In this document: in pieces, positions 10,301 through 22,600 of the stretch | Position numbering within the stretch: position 1 is the stretch's first letter | Layout of the letters: the number at the start of each line of letters is the position of its first letter | IMG/VR virus record: IMGVR_UViG_3300042691_026427 | Coordinates: 64,001-128,000 of that record | From: a virus | Reading direction: 5' to 3' (one strand) | Length of the DNA stretch: 64,000 bases | Notes under the pieces: generated by a model | Database searches by the model: none | The model's input: the letters and a program-made list of their open reading frames with translations, nothing else | Told to the model about the DNA's origin: nothing | Position numbers and translations under genes: made by a program

Positions 10301-10621
10301 AGAACCTGTAATAAAATTTGAGCCACCATTACCACCAAACCCGGCGTTTATTTCTAAAATTTCTCCGGGTGTAACAGCAATATCAGTAACATAGGCTAAT
10401 CCACCACCACCGCCTGCACCACCTGTTGAAATTATACTGGTGGTAAAATTGTATGCTGATCCACCACCGCCCCCACCACCACCTACTACTACTATTGAAA
10501 TAGATGTAACTCCTGCAGGCACAGTCCAAGAAATTATACCCGCAGTATTGAAAAAAATACGTTCCCCACCAGATGGTCGTACTAAATTCCTTGCACTACT
10601 TACGAAGAATGTTCCACTCAT
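7325..10621 (-). CDS. Gly-rich/fibronectin type III adhesin-like virion protein
   Basis: Two Gly-rich domains (WTVP.GVTSISIV..G...GAVRI.WPGN.R.FP) flank about three FN3-like repeats (e.g. GLTAGTYYDFDVYAVN, YTFTVYATNAAG). Confidence 0.75.
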   Translation of the reverse strand: MSGTFFVSSARNLVRPSGGERIFFNTAGIISWTVPAGVTSISIVVVGGGGGGGGSAYNFTTSIISTGGAGGGGGLAYVTDIAVTPGEILEINAGFGGNGGSNFITGSPGINIGSAVTAGAAGGSSWVRRQGSGTFIVSATGGNGGAPGAFLAQGGTGGARVIGEGGGRGGDGGSGSLNNNVQKTGAGGGGAGGYDGAGGLGEGSRQTSLNSQQGAVGFGGAGAGGNSVAGTIQTQSGGYGGGVGIYGQRLDGSPPTATNSPVTATGPGSTINISNAVTSGSITTVSAITYSPLGISGLASSTSNAGDDNFWTVSLPWNVNFLGTSYSQVFVGTNSYITFGSGSSAFSGLGGNVPAFPKIMVSAADNSGQRIYFGTVGTAPNRIYVIIFEGTASASGTLGSPNMVVEYQFYEATPNQIDFHIVQNARGASGTSGVFNATGSEAYGIAISGGSANRLSSSTGPFSFTPAVINNEYLYVGGGAGAYSYGNVTGVTPLSANQGRYGAVRIVWPGNQRRFPDLNVAPGFVYVPLIAPGPPRLRSTGTQNPDATTIVILYDTPNTGGLIVTSYYTTQLPSGPTITLEQSGAGEFTFTGLTAGTYYDFDVYAVNTIGTSSPLQLRNIPAGSVPPTISVVNVSIASTSSLVVNWTNPTNTSGWPITSWRVRLLLLDVGVPPGSYSTTPASTVDVTLPNSGAPITTYTATSLAQGRTYNVQVLSTNFIGTGTFSNDLFVAPAVAPNVPTIGTATSVNATTASVSFTAPANNGGSVITSYTAVSSPGGITGTLSGSGSGSITVTGLTALSSYTFTVYATNAAGNSASSGASNSVQVVAPPGQVEFTTAGNYNWTVPEGVTSISIVLVGAGGTPNGYYGGGGGGGLTYKNNLSVTAGTVYPIQVARIGVSNTPEDLPPSFFNSETYLFAASGGRGTVTTFGGYPGGGGGAAGYSGNGGPGIFAGAGSLFGTGGAGGGGGGTVGGQVSWSGGSGAPHYGGAFATYGNGFTGSGGAGGGGGAGGAGPGGGGAGGGVGIYGEGASGTGGASSGSATTAGQPGNPGSNGVGKLYGGGAGGPGSPALWQPGGGAVRIIWPGNLRLFPSTRTANE

Positions 10622-13600
10622 ACTTTTCGATAATAAATTGTTATTTTTGCTCCAGCTGCACCAGATCCAATAGTATCAACATCTAAGGTAACTTCATCAT
10701 CGTCTGCAAAACTAGTTGTAACTAAAGTTGTAGGTGTCGCAGCAGTAGTTGATGTCTTTTCTCCTGCATCAATAGTTAGTTTATTAGCTCCTAATACGGA
10801 AACACCATTTTTATTAATATCAAGAGTTACTATTGAGGCGCCGGCTGTTGTCAAGCTGGCTCTAGGCAATTGAGTCAACGTTAGTGCGTAAGGAGTCCTA
10901 AATGTTACAGCAGTTCCTGCAGATAATGGACTATATTCGTCGCTAAGTGCAACGCTCATATAATCACTAAATCCTGCACTACCAGTAAATCCTATTGCCC
11001 CCTGGGCCGTTACATTTCCTGCACTACCAGTAAATCCTAACGGGCCTAAGAATCCGCCGCCAGCAGCAACTTCAACCCATTGGAATGTGTCCCCGTCATT
11101 GGTATAGACATATTCTAAACCTAACGCACTGTCAAACCATCGATCACCTATTACTGGCGATACAGGAGCAGTTGCACTATATGAGAATGAACTTTCACCT
11201 TTTGATCCACTGAATCCGCGACTACCGGCAAATCCAAATGATCCAGTATAACCAAATGATCCTACAAATCCTTCACTACCAGTAAATCCGCGACTACCAG
11301 TGTAGCCAAAACTACCCGAGTATCCAAATGATCCTACGTAACCTCCACTACCAGTAAATGCCCGGCTACCAGTGAATCCTTGACTACCACTATAACCAAA
11401 TGATCCACTAAATCCAAAACTACCAGTGAATCCTGCGCTTCCAAAAAATCCTTGACTACCACTAAATCCTTGATCACCTGTTCTATTGAAAACTAGACTT
11501 AATGTGTCGTTGTTAGTAGGAATAGCGCCTGCAACATATGAAACAGTTAATGTAGCAAAAGTAGTACCAGTAGTAATTGAAGTAACATTCCAAACATTTA
11601 TATTAGGCGATGTGTTTAGATTATTTTCAATAATCAACTGTCCCTTATTTGGGTTAGTACTGTTGGCCCACTGATTAATATAGGTATTGATCTGCGAGCC
11701 TAGTGAATCTAAATTATTAATAAAGATAGAAGTAACACTAGTTACAACACCATTATTAAATCTTAAACTACCATTTGATCCAACGCCGGCTGTAGTTACG
11801 TTGTCAAAGTAATATTTTAGGCCGCCCTTGTCTCCTTGACTACCACTAAATCCAAAACTACCAGTAAATCCTTGACTACCGGCAAATCCTTGTGATCCAC
11901 TAAATCCAAAACTACCTGTAAATCCAAATGATCCAGTGAAACTTTGACTACCAGTGAATCCCTGACTACCAGTGAATCCCTGTGATCCACTAAATCCGAA
12001 ACTACCAGTAAATCCGAAACTACCAGTGAAACTTTGACTACCAGTAAATCCCTGTGATCCACTAAATCCTTGTGATCCGGTGAAACTTTGACTGCCAGTA
12101 AATCCTTGACTACCACTAAATCCGCTACCGGTGTAGCCGAAACTACCAGTATAACTCTGACTACCAGTATATCCAATAGAACCAGTATAACCAAATGACC
12201 CAGTGTAGCCAAATGATCCTACATAACCTTCACTACCAGTGTAACTTTGACTACCAGTATATCCAATAGAACCAGTGTATCCAAATGATCCTACATAGCC
12301 TTCACTACCAGTAAATCCTCGACTACCTGTGAATCCGCTACCAGTATAACCAAAGCTACCAGTGTAGCCAAATGATCCAGTATAGCCAAATGATCCTACA
12401 TAGCCTTCACTACCAGTAAATCCTCGACTTCCGGTATAACCAAATGATCCAGTGAAACTTTGACTACCAGTGAATCCCTGACTACCAGTGAATCCCTGTG
12501 ATCCACTAAATCCGAAACTACCAGTAAATCCGAAACTACCAGTGAAACTTTGACTACCAGTAAATCCCTGTGATCCACTAAATCCTTGTGATCCAGTGAA
12601 ACTTTGACTGCCAGTAAATCCTTGACTACCACTAAATCCGCTACCGGTGTAGCCGAAACTACCAGTATAACTCTGACTACCAGTATAACCAAAGCTACCA
12701 GTGTAGCCAAATGACCCAGTGTAGCCAAATGATCCTACATAACCTTCACTACCAGTAAATCCTCGACTTCCGGTATAACCAAATGATCCCACATAGCCTT
12801 CACTACCGGTATAACTTTGACTACCAGTGAACCCTCGACTTCCACTGTAGCCAATAGAGCCAGTGTAACCAAATGATCCTACATAGCCTTCACTACCAGT
12901 GAAACCTCGACTTCCACTATAACCAAATGATCCTACATAGCCTTCACTACCAGTGAAGCTCTGACTACCAGTAAAACCTTGACTTCCGCTATAGCCAAAT
13001 GATCCAGTGTAACCAAATGATCCTACATAACCTTCACTACCACTATAACCAAAGCTGCCTGCAAAACCTGAACTACCAGTAAAGCCTTGGCTACCTGTAA
13101 ATCCTCTATCACCTGTTCTAATAAATTCTACTACAACTTGATCATTATTAACACCATATACGCCAGATGCATACGTAACAGTTAATGTAAAATAAGTACT
13201 CTGATTAAGAATAGCGGTTACATTCCATGCACTGAAGACATTAGAAGTAGAGCTATTATTTTTAATTATTAGCTGACCCTTGATTGCATTTGTACTATCA
13301 TCCCACTGGTTAATGTAGTTTGTTTGGCCTATACCATTTACATCATTAACGTTGATATAGATTGCAGTTACGTTTGCAATAATTGCATTATTTGTTCTTA
13401 AACTACCTGCGGTGCCAACACCAGCTGTTCTATTGGTATCATAATAGTAACGCAGGCCACCTTTGTCTGCACTACTACCTGTATAACCTAGGGCCGCAAA
13501 TGCACCTGAACTACCAGTAAAACCAAATGAACCAGTATAACCAAATGAACCTGTAAAACTTTGACTACCAGTAAAGCCAGCGCCTTGACTACCAGTAAAA

Positions 13601-16600
13601 CCAATTGAGCCAGTGAATCCGAGACCGCCTTGACTACCAGTAAATCCCAATGCAGCAAATGCACCAGAACTACCAGTGTATCCGTCAACTCCTATAGTAC
13701 CGTCTAAACCTGCACTACCAGTAAATCCGGCACCTTGACTACCAGTAAAACCAAATGATCCAGTAAATCCAAAACTACCAGTATAACTTTGACTACCAGT
13801 AAAACCAGCACCCTGACTGCCGGTGAATCCAATAGAGCCGGTGAATCCAAAACTACCAGTGTAACTTTGACTACCAGTAAATCCAGCACCTTGACTGCCG
13901 GTGAATCCAATTGAACCAATATAACCAACTGATCCTACATAACCTTCACTACCAGTGTAACTTTGACTACCAGTATATCCAATAGAGCCAGTAAATCCAA
14001 TAGAGCCAGTAAATCCAAATGAACCAGTAAATCCTGATGATCCAGTAAAACTTTGACTACCAGTGTATCCTATTGATCCAGTATAACCGATTGATCCTAT
14101 ATAACCTTCACTACCAGTGTAACTTTGACTACCGGTAAAGCCAATACCTTGACTGCCAGTATATCCAATTGAACCAGTAAATCCGATTGAACCAATATAA
14201 CCAACTGATCCTACATAACCTTCACTGCCGGTATAACCGATTGAACCAGTAAATGCTCTACTACCGGTATAACCTTCACTACCTGTAAATCCTGATGATC
14301 CAGTGTAACTTTGACTACCAGTATATCCAATAGAGCCGGTGAATCCAATAGAGCCAGTAAATCCAAATGAACCAGTGTAGCCAGATGATCCAGTGTAACT
14401 TTGACTACCAGTATATCCAATAGAGCCAGTAAATCCAATAGAGCCAGTAAATCCAAATGAACCAGTAAATCCTGATGACCCGGTGTAACTTTGACTACCA
14501 GTGAATCCCAATGAACCTGTGAATCCCAATGAACCAGTGAATCCAAATGAACCTGTGAATCCTGATGATCCAGTAAAACTTTGACTACCAGTGTATCCTA
14601 TTGATCCAGTATAACCGATTGATCCTATATAACCTTCACTACCAGTGTAACTTTGACTACCGGTATATCCGATGCTACCAGTAAATCCAATGCTACCAGT
14701 AAATCCAATGCTACCAGTAAATCCCGATGATCCTGTGTAACTTTGACTACCTGTATATCCAATTGAACCGGTATATCCGATGCTACCAGTAAATCCCGAT
14801 GATCCTGTGTAACTTTGACTACCTGTATATCCAATTGAACCGGTATATCCGATGCTACCAGTAAATCCCGATGATCCTGTGAATCCCAACGAACCAGTGT
14901 AACTTTGACTACCAGTATATCCAATAGAGCCAGTGTAACCAAGACTTCCGTTGTATCCTTTGGCACCGCCATTCATAAACCATGCAGCAACAGTTGAATT
15001 GGTACCACCACTTCCCGATATTACTACAAATGCAATACTGTCGCCAGTAACAAACGGCAAATACAAATCATTTGCAATTCCAAAAGTTGCTCCATTTGCG
15101 GCTGTTACAAATACACCAGTACCAACACCGTTCTTAAGAACTTCAATTGATACGTCTGACGTGTAGGCTGAATCAGCATCTACTGTTAATGAAATTAAAA
15201 TTGCATCTTCGGGGAATGTAACACCTGCGCCAAGAGTGTTAGTTCCATTACCAAATCCAAAATATCCACCTGCTGTTAAATTAGTGCTATGTTGTCCAAA
15301 TATTACATATCGGCCACCACCGGGTCCTGCACTACCAGCAAATCCTACTGATCCCACATAACCACTACTACCAGTAAAGCTTTGACTGCCTGTAAATCCA
15401 ATACTACCAGTAAATCCAATGGAACCAACAAATCCTCTACTACCTAGGAAACCTCTACTACCTGTAAAGCCCTCACTACCTGTAAAGCCCTCACTACCTG
15501 TAAAGCCCTCACTACCTGTAAATCCAGAACCTTGACTACCGGTAAATCCCTGACTACCAGCAAATCCTCGACTACCTGTAAATCCTGCGCTTCCGAAAAA
15601 TCCTCTACTGCCCAGGAAGCCTCTACTGCCTACAAAGCCCTCACTACCTGAATAGCCCTCGCTACCAGTAAATCCAAAGCTACCAGTAAATCCAAAGCTA
15701 CCAGTAAATCCAAAGCTGCCTGAAAAACCTCGGCTACCTGCAAAACCTTCACTTCCCCTAAAGCCTCTACTGCCTGCAAAACCTATTGCAGCAAATGCAC
15801 CAGAACTACCAGTAAATCCTCGACTACCGGTCATGCCGACGCTACCTGCAAATCCTTCACTGCCAGAGAATCCAATGCTGCCAGTAAATCCTAATGCAGC
15901 AAATGCACCTGAACTTCCTACAAATCCTAATTGTCCTTGACTACCGGTGAATCCGTCACTACCAGCAAATCCGTGACTACCGGAGAATCCTCGACTGCCA
16001 GTGAAACTTTGACTACCAGTAAATCCAATACTACCTGTGAATCCAAATGATCCTACGAAACCTTCACTACCGGTATAGCTTTGACTACCAGAGAATCCAA
16101 TACTTCCTTGGCTACCAGTAAATCCAAATGATCCTACAAAGCCTTCACTTCCGGCAAATCCTTGACTACCAGTGAATCCTCGACTGCCGGTGAATCCTCG
16201 GCTACCATTATAACCTAACTCACCAACACTGCCAACAAATCCACTACTACCAGTAAAGCCTGCACCTTGACTACCAGTAAATCCAATTGAGCCAGTATAG
16301 CCAACACTACCGGTAAAACTTTGACTACCTGTAAATCCAATACTACCGGTGAATCCAATGCTACCAGTATATCCTACTGATCCCACATAACCACTACTAC
16401 CGGTAAAACTTTGACTACCTGTAAATCCAATACTACCAGTAAATCCAATCGATCCTACATAACCTTCACTACCTACAAAGCCTCGTGAACCAGTAAAACC
16501 TTGACTACCTGTAAATGCTCTACTACCGGTATAACCTTCACTACCTGTAAATCCTGCGCTTCCAACAAATCCTCTACTACCAGTAAAACTTTGACTGCCT

Positions 16601-19600
16601 GTAAATCCAATGCTACCAGTAAATCCAAATGAACCAGTAAATCCCGATGATCCAGTAAAACTTTGACTACCAGTAAATCCAGCACCTTGACTACCAGTGA
16701 ATCCAATTGAGCCAGTATAGCCACTACTACCAGTAAAACTTTGACTACCAGTAAATCCAATACTACCGGTGAATCCAATTGATCCTGCAAATCCCACACT
16801 GCCTATAAAACCTCGGCTACCAGTGAACCCAATGCTACCAGTGAACCCAATGCTACCACTAAATCCGACACTGCCAGTGAATCCCGATGATCCTACAAAA
16901 CCTGCACTACCTGCAAAACCTTGACTACCGGTGAATCCTTGGCTACCAGTATAACCTAACCCACCAATACTACCGGTAAATCCGACACTACCAGTAAAAC
17001 CGGCACCTTGACTACCGGTGAATCCAACACTACCGATAAATCCAGCACTACCAGTAAAGCTTTGACTGCCTGTAAATCCAATACTACCAGTAAATCCTTC
17101 GCTGCCTACAAAACCTCGGCTACCTGCAAAACCTCTAGATCCAGTAAATCCTGAACTGCCAGAGAATCCAATGCTGCCAGTAAACCCTGCTGATCCCTGA
17201 GCACCACTACTACCGGTAAAACTTTGACTGCCGGTATAACCAATACTACCGGTGAAGCCGATGCTACCAGTATATCCCAATTCTCCTACACTTCCTGCAA
17301 ATCCTGCACTGCCAGAGAATCCACTACTTCCTGTAAATCCAATTGAGCCGGTATAACCAAATGATCCTACAAAACCTGCACTGCCAACATAGCCGTCACT
17401 GCCAGTGAATCCAATACTACCCGTAAAACCTTGACTTCCTATAAATCCTCTGCTACCTACAAATCCTCTGCTACCTACAAATCCTTCGCTTCCTGTAAAT
17501 CCGTGACTACCAGAAAATCCTTGACTACCTGCGTAACCTTGACTGCCTGTAAATCCTAGTGCAGCAAATGCGCCAGAACTACCAGTAAATCCAAACGATC
17601 CTACAAAGCCCTCACTACCAGTGTAACCTTCGCTACCAGTATAACCTGCGCTTCCCGAATATCCTTGACTACCAGTAAATCCAATGCTACCAGTGTAACC
17701 TTCACTGCCGAAGTAACCTGTGCTACCAGCAAAGCCTCTACTGCCCAAGAATCCTTGACTGCCACTATATGCTTGACTGCCAGTAAATCCAAAACGTCCT
17801 TCGCTACCAACAAAACTAGTTTCGCCTCTGCTACCAGTGTAGCCGAACGATCCACTATAGCCGAGACTTCCACTAAAGCCAACACTGCCCGCAAAGCCTT
17901 TGCTTCCGGTGTATCCTTGACTACCTACATAGGCTTTACTACCTGTGTAACCTAACTCACCTACACTTCCCGAATAACCTGTTATGCGGCCAGCGTCGAT
18001 CCAATCAGTACCATCCCAGACAAATAATTTCCCCGTATCGGTAACAATTATACCGTCGCCATCTTGTCCAAAATACGGAACCGGTAATGCGGTATCAGTA
18101 GGCACAGTTCCGATAACTTGTAGACCTGTACCTTGATCTCCTTTAGCTCCTTGGCTACCTGTGTAACCTAGGTTACCTCTCGATCCAACAAAACCTTCAC
18201 TACCTACATAACCTTCACTGCCTGTATAGCCAATACTTCCAGTGTAACCTTCACTGCCAATAAATCCTTTACTACCAGTAAATCCTGCTCCTCGACTTCC
18301 AGTGTAGCCTACACTGCCGCCGTAACCTTTGCCAGATGTATTTGTTATCGCTTGGAAAACATTTAATTGGAATGTAACTGACTTAGACTGTGGAATTGCG
18401 TCTGTAACTGTTATTGTAAATGTTAAAGGTGCGCTAGTTAACAATAACGGAGTACCAGAAATGTATCCAGTTGCATTATTAAAGTTTAATCCTAATGGCA
18501 ATGAATTAACAGAAGTATCTAATGCATATGTGTAACTTGAACTAGGAGTCGAATAGCCGCCACTGACTGCCACAGGTAGAACCTGATCAAATTGGTTTTG
18601 TGTAAAGTTAATGGGATTAACTGGAACTGTCACTAATAGTTCAGGCGGTGCGCTTGTACCAATTGTTAATACAAACGACGATGTAGATTCTTGTCCAATA
18701 CTGTCTGTTACTTTAACAATGTAAGTAGTTGATATACCCGGGTCAGTAGGTGTTCCTTCTACTTCGCCAGTAAATGCATCATACACTACAGTATTAGGCA
18801 GTGTAGGAGGAATTAATGAATATGTTAATACACCAGAACCGTCGGACGCAAGTACTGGAATGATAGAAGTTGTAATCGCAGCATATCGAGTTAATACTAC
18901 TTCAGCCTGTTGCACTGTTAATGTAATAGGCTTTGGTTGAATTACTATCGTAACATCTGTACTGGTCGATTGTGGTATTGCAGCACTGTCAGTAACTGTA
19001 ATTGTATAAGTTGCTGTGTTTGAAATTACTGTAGGAGTTCCGGAGATAGCACCAGTTGATACATTTAGACCTAAACTTAGCGGCAATGTCGGAGAAATAG
19101 AATACTTTAGTGCGCCAGTTCCGCCATTTCCTTCAAAAGGTTTAATCAGTGTAGCAGGCACACCTATCGTATAAACTAAAGAACTTGTATTAACGATAGC
19201 AACTAACGGTTGTGGAGGATTAATTCCAATACTAATTGATGTACTAGTTGTTTGTACAACTCCACCACTATCTGTTACAGTAATTGTATAAGAAGCAGTG
19301 GTTAATGTAACAGTAGGAGTACCAGCTAAGATGCCCGATGTACTATAAGTTAATCCGGTTCCAGTTAGTGAAGGTGCAATACCGAATGCATACGGAGTGA
19401 CGCCGCCGGTAACAGTTACAGGCTGTAGTGCAGTGAATGATTTATATTGTGTGAATACATTACTAGCACTCACTACCGTAGGAGTCAACGGCGGATCAAT
19501 TACTGTTAATGTAAATGTTTGTGTGCTCTTTTGACCAACTGCATCAGTTGCAGTTACGTTAAACGGAACGGCAACTTGTATTACCTGTGCAATTCCCGTA

Positions 19601-22600
19601 ATAAATCCGTTAGTTGTACTGATAGTTAATCCACTTGGCAATGTTGGACTAATCGAAAACGATATATTTCCAAACCCACCAGTAGCACTTACAGGAGCAA
19701 CATTAGCATTCTCTATTAGACGTGTTAATTTGACTGTGGAAGTATCTAATACAGTTGTTAAAGAAGGAAGATCTACAACATTTAAGTTAAATGTAGCGGT
19801 GCTTCTATTATTCCAATAATCGCGTACAGTAATACTATACGTAGTAGTACTTAATACCGATGTAGCGATTCCGCTAACAAAACCTGTACTTGTACTAAAA
19901 ATTAAATTTCCAGGTAATGCAGGATCAATAATGTAACTAATAGGACTGTAGCCATCGGCACCATCAACTGGCTTAAACGGCACAGCATTGACAGATCTAG
20001 TCAACTGTCTAGAAGGAATTCGTAATGTTGCACTGACTGGCGGTGGTATAACATTTAATGAAAATGTTGCAGTTACTACTTGGTCTGCCTCATCACTAAT
20101 CGTAACAGAATAATTTGTTGCGGTATTAATATAAGCAGAGGCAGATCCTCCTAATAGTCCTTGATTAAATGTAATACCTGTCGGTAAAGTAGATGGAGCA
20201 AGGACATAGGTTAAAGTTCCATAACCTCCGCTGGCTGCAAACAACCGTATAGGAGCAAAAGGAACGCTTTGAGGAAGAACTACAGTAGATGTACTTGTTG
20301 TTAGAACCAATGGTCCTGGTTCATCTATTTGAAGATCAAATGTTTGTTGCTCAAAAGAATCAGGTTCAAATCCAAATTTACTTCTACTGTCATATACAGT
20401 AACAATATAAGTTTGATTGCCTTGTGAAATTCTAGGAATTCCATTCACCACACCAGTTGAAGTACTGTAAGTTAGGTCAGCAGGTAACGGCGTATCTATT
20501 ATAAATCTTAATGGCGGTATGCCGCCTGCAGCTATAATTGGGGTAAATGTAGTTGCAACATTTTTTGTTAATACAGACCCAGGAACATCTACACTTAATT
20601 CTATAGGTGGTCCGCTTGAAATAGATAATGTAAAAGTACCCGATTCGGATTGACTTGGTACAGAACTGTCGGTAGCCGTAATTGTAAATGTAGCTGTATT
20701 AAAAGAAACAGTGGTATTTCCACTAATCCTACCGGTTGAAGTTGTAAAAATTAACGGACTAGGTAAAGCTGGGCTAATACTGAAAGATAACGGATTAGTT
20801 CCGCCGCTTGCTGTAATAGGAGTATTAGAATAAGGTCCACTATACTCCACTAAATTTATTGAAGAATTTACAACCGTTATAATAATGCCTGGTGGCTTTT
20901 TAATAAACAGTGCAAAAGTTGCTGTACTAATCGATCCAACACTATCAGTTACCTGAACAGTAAACGTTGAAGTGTTAAAAGTTGAAGTTGTATTTCCTGA
21001 TAATACGCCAGTAGAACTTGAATATGTTAATGGGCTTGGTAGTGGTGGCGTAATATTGTAAACTAATACAGGAATGCCGCCAGTAGCACTAACTGGTGTA
21101 AAAGAATATGGACCGCTAAAAGAATCTAAAATTAAATTAGGATTATTAACCGTTAATATTGGAGGAGTAGGTGGTCTTACGTATAAACTAAATGACCCTG
21201 TACTGATTGCATTAATAGAATCTGTAACTGTTACGCTATAACTACTGGTATTAAAAGTACCAGTAGTTGAACCAACAATTTGTCCAGTTGAGGTACTGAA
21301 AAATAATGTACCCGGTAATGAGCTAGGACTTAAACTAAAACTTAATGTTCCAACACCACCCGAGGCACCGATTGGAGTTAATAGGAAAGGTCCTGCATAT
21401 GCAGAAAACACAACTGTTGAAGAATTAACAACAATAGTTGGCGGAACAGGAGGTTTAATATATAAAGTAAATGTTCCAGTGTTAATCTGATTCACTGAAT
21501 CACTAACACTTACACTGAAAGTATTTGTATTATAAGTCGATGTGGTTGATCCAGATACTCTGCCGGTTGATGTTGTAAAGGTTAATGGTGAAGGTAAAGG
21601 TTGATTAATATTATAAACTAACGAGCCTTTGCCTCCGGTACCAGTAACTGGAAAAAATGAATATGGGCCGCCAAACGAATCTAAAATTAAATTAGGATTA
21701 TTAACAGTTATCGTAATTGGTGTCGGCGGTGGTTCTGGGGCTACATATAATGAGAATGTACCTGTATTGTTACCTCCAAGAGAATCCGTAACAGTTACTA
21801 TATAAGTAGATGTAATTAATGTTGTAGTTGCTGTTCCAAAAATTGTGCCTGTATTAGTAAAAGTAAGACCGTTGGGCGGCGGAATACTAGGACTTACAGA
21901 ATATGTAAATGGCGCTACTCCACCTGAGCTTGCTGTAATTGGTCGAATATAATTTGCAAATGTTATATTTTGAACTAATCTTATAGAAGACGATGTTTGC
22001 GTAAGAACTATTGGTGGCAGATTAACTGCAAGTAAAAATGAACTGGCAGTCGTTTGTGCTAGCCAATCAGTTACTGTTACTGTATAAGATGTGCTACTAC
22101 TCTGCACAGTAGGAACACCACTATAGGTGCCTGTACTTGTGTTAAATGATAAACTTATAGGTAAAGAAGGACTAATGCTAAAAGTAGAAGTTCCGAATCC
22201 TCCTGTAACATTGACAGGTTTAACTGGTGATGTTATAGGTACATTGTAGGTTAGATTTTGCGGACCTACTACAGAAGTTACAACTAAGGCCGGCGGAGGA
22301 TTAATAGTTAAATTAAAATTCGACGAAGTTGTAGCACTAATTTCATCATAAATGGTAACTGTATATGTAGTTTGAGGTAGTATACTTGTTGCAGTTCCAC
22401 TAATTGTACCTGTACTAGAAAAAGTTAGACCAGTTTGAGAATTTAGATTGGGACTTATAGTATATGTAAGGCTACCAAACCCTCCAGATCCTGTAATTGG
22501 TCTAAATGGGACAACAGGAACAGTATTTTTAACAAGAACAACACTACTACTTGAAACAACTGCTGTTAACGGTCCCGAAGTTACACTTAATGAAAAAGAT

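Noticed and set aside
11486-17955. Many alternative-frame ORFs (LLVVKV/LDLLV-rich) overlapping the giant gene, and similar ones at 24857-26272
   Set aside because: Shadow ORFs generated by the periodic repeat; no independent start signals.
11200-18320. CRISPR-like or satellite array
   Set aside because: Units are 9/18-nt, degenerate at third codon positions, have no unique spacers and lie in one long open frame: a protein-coding repeat.
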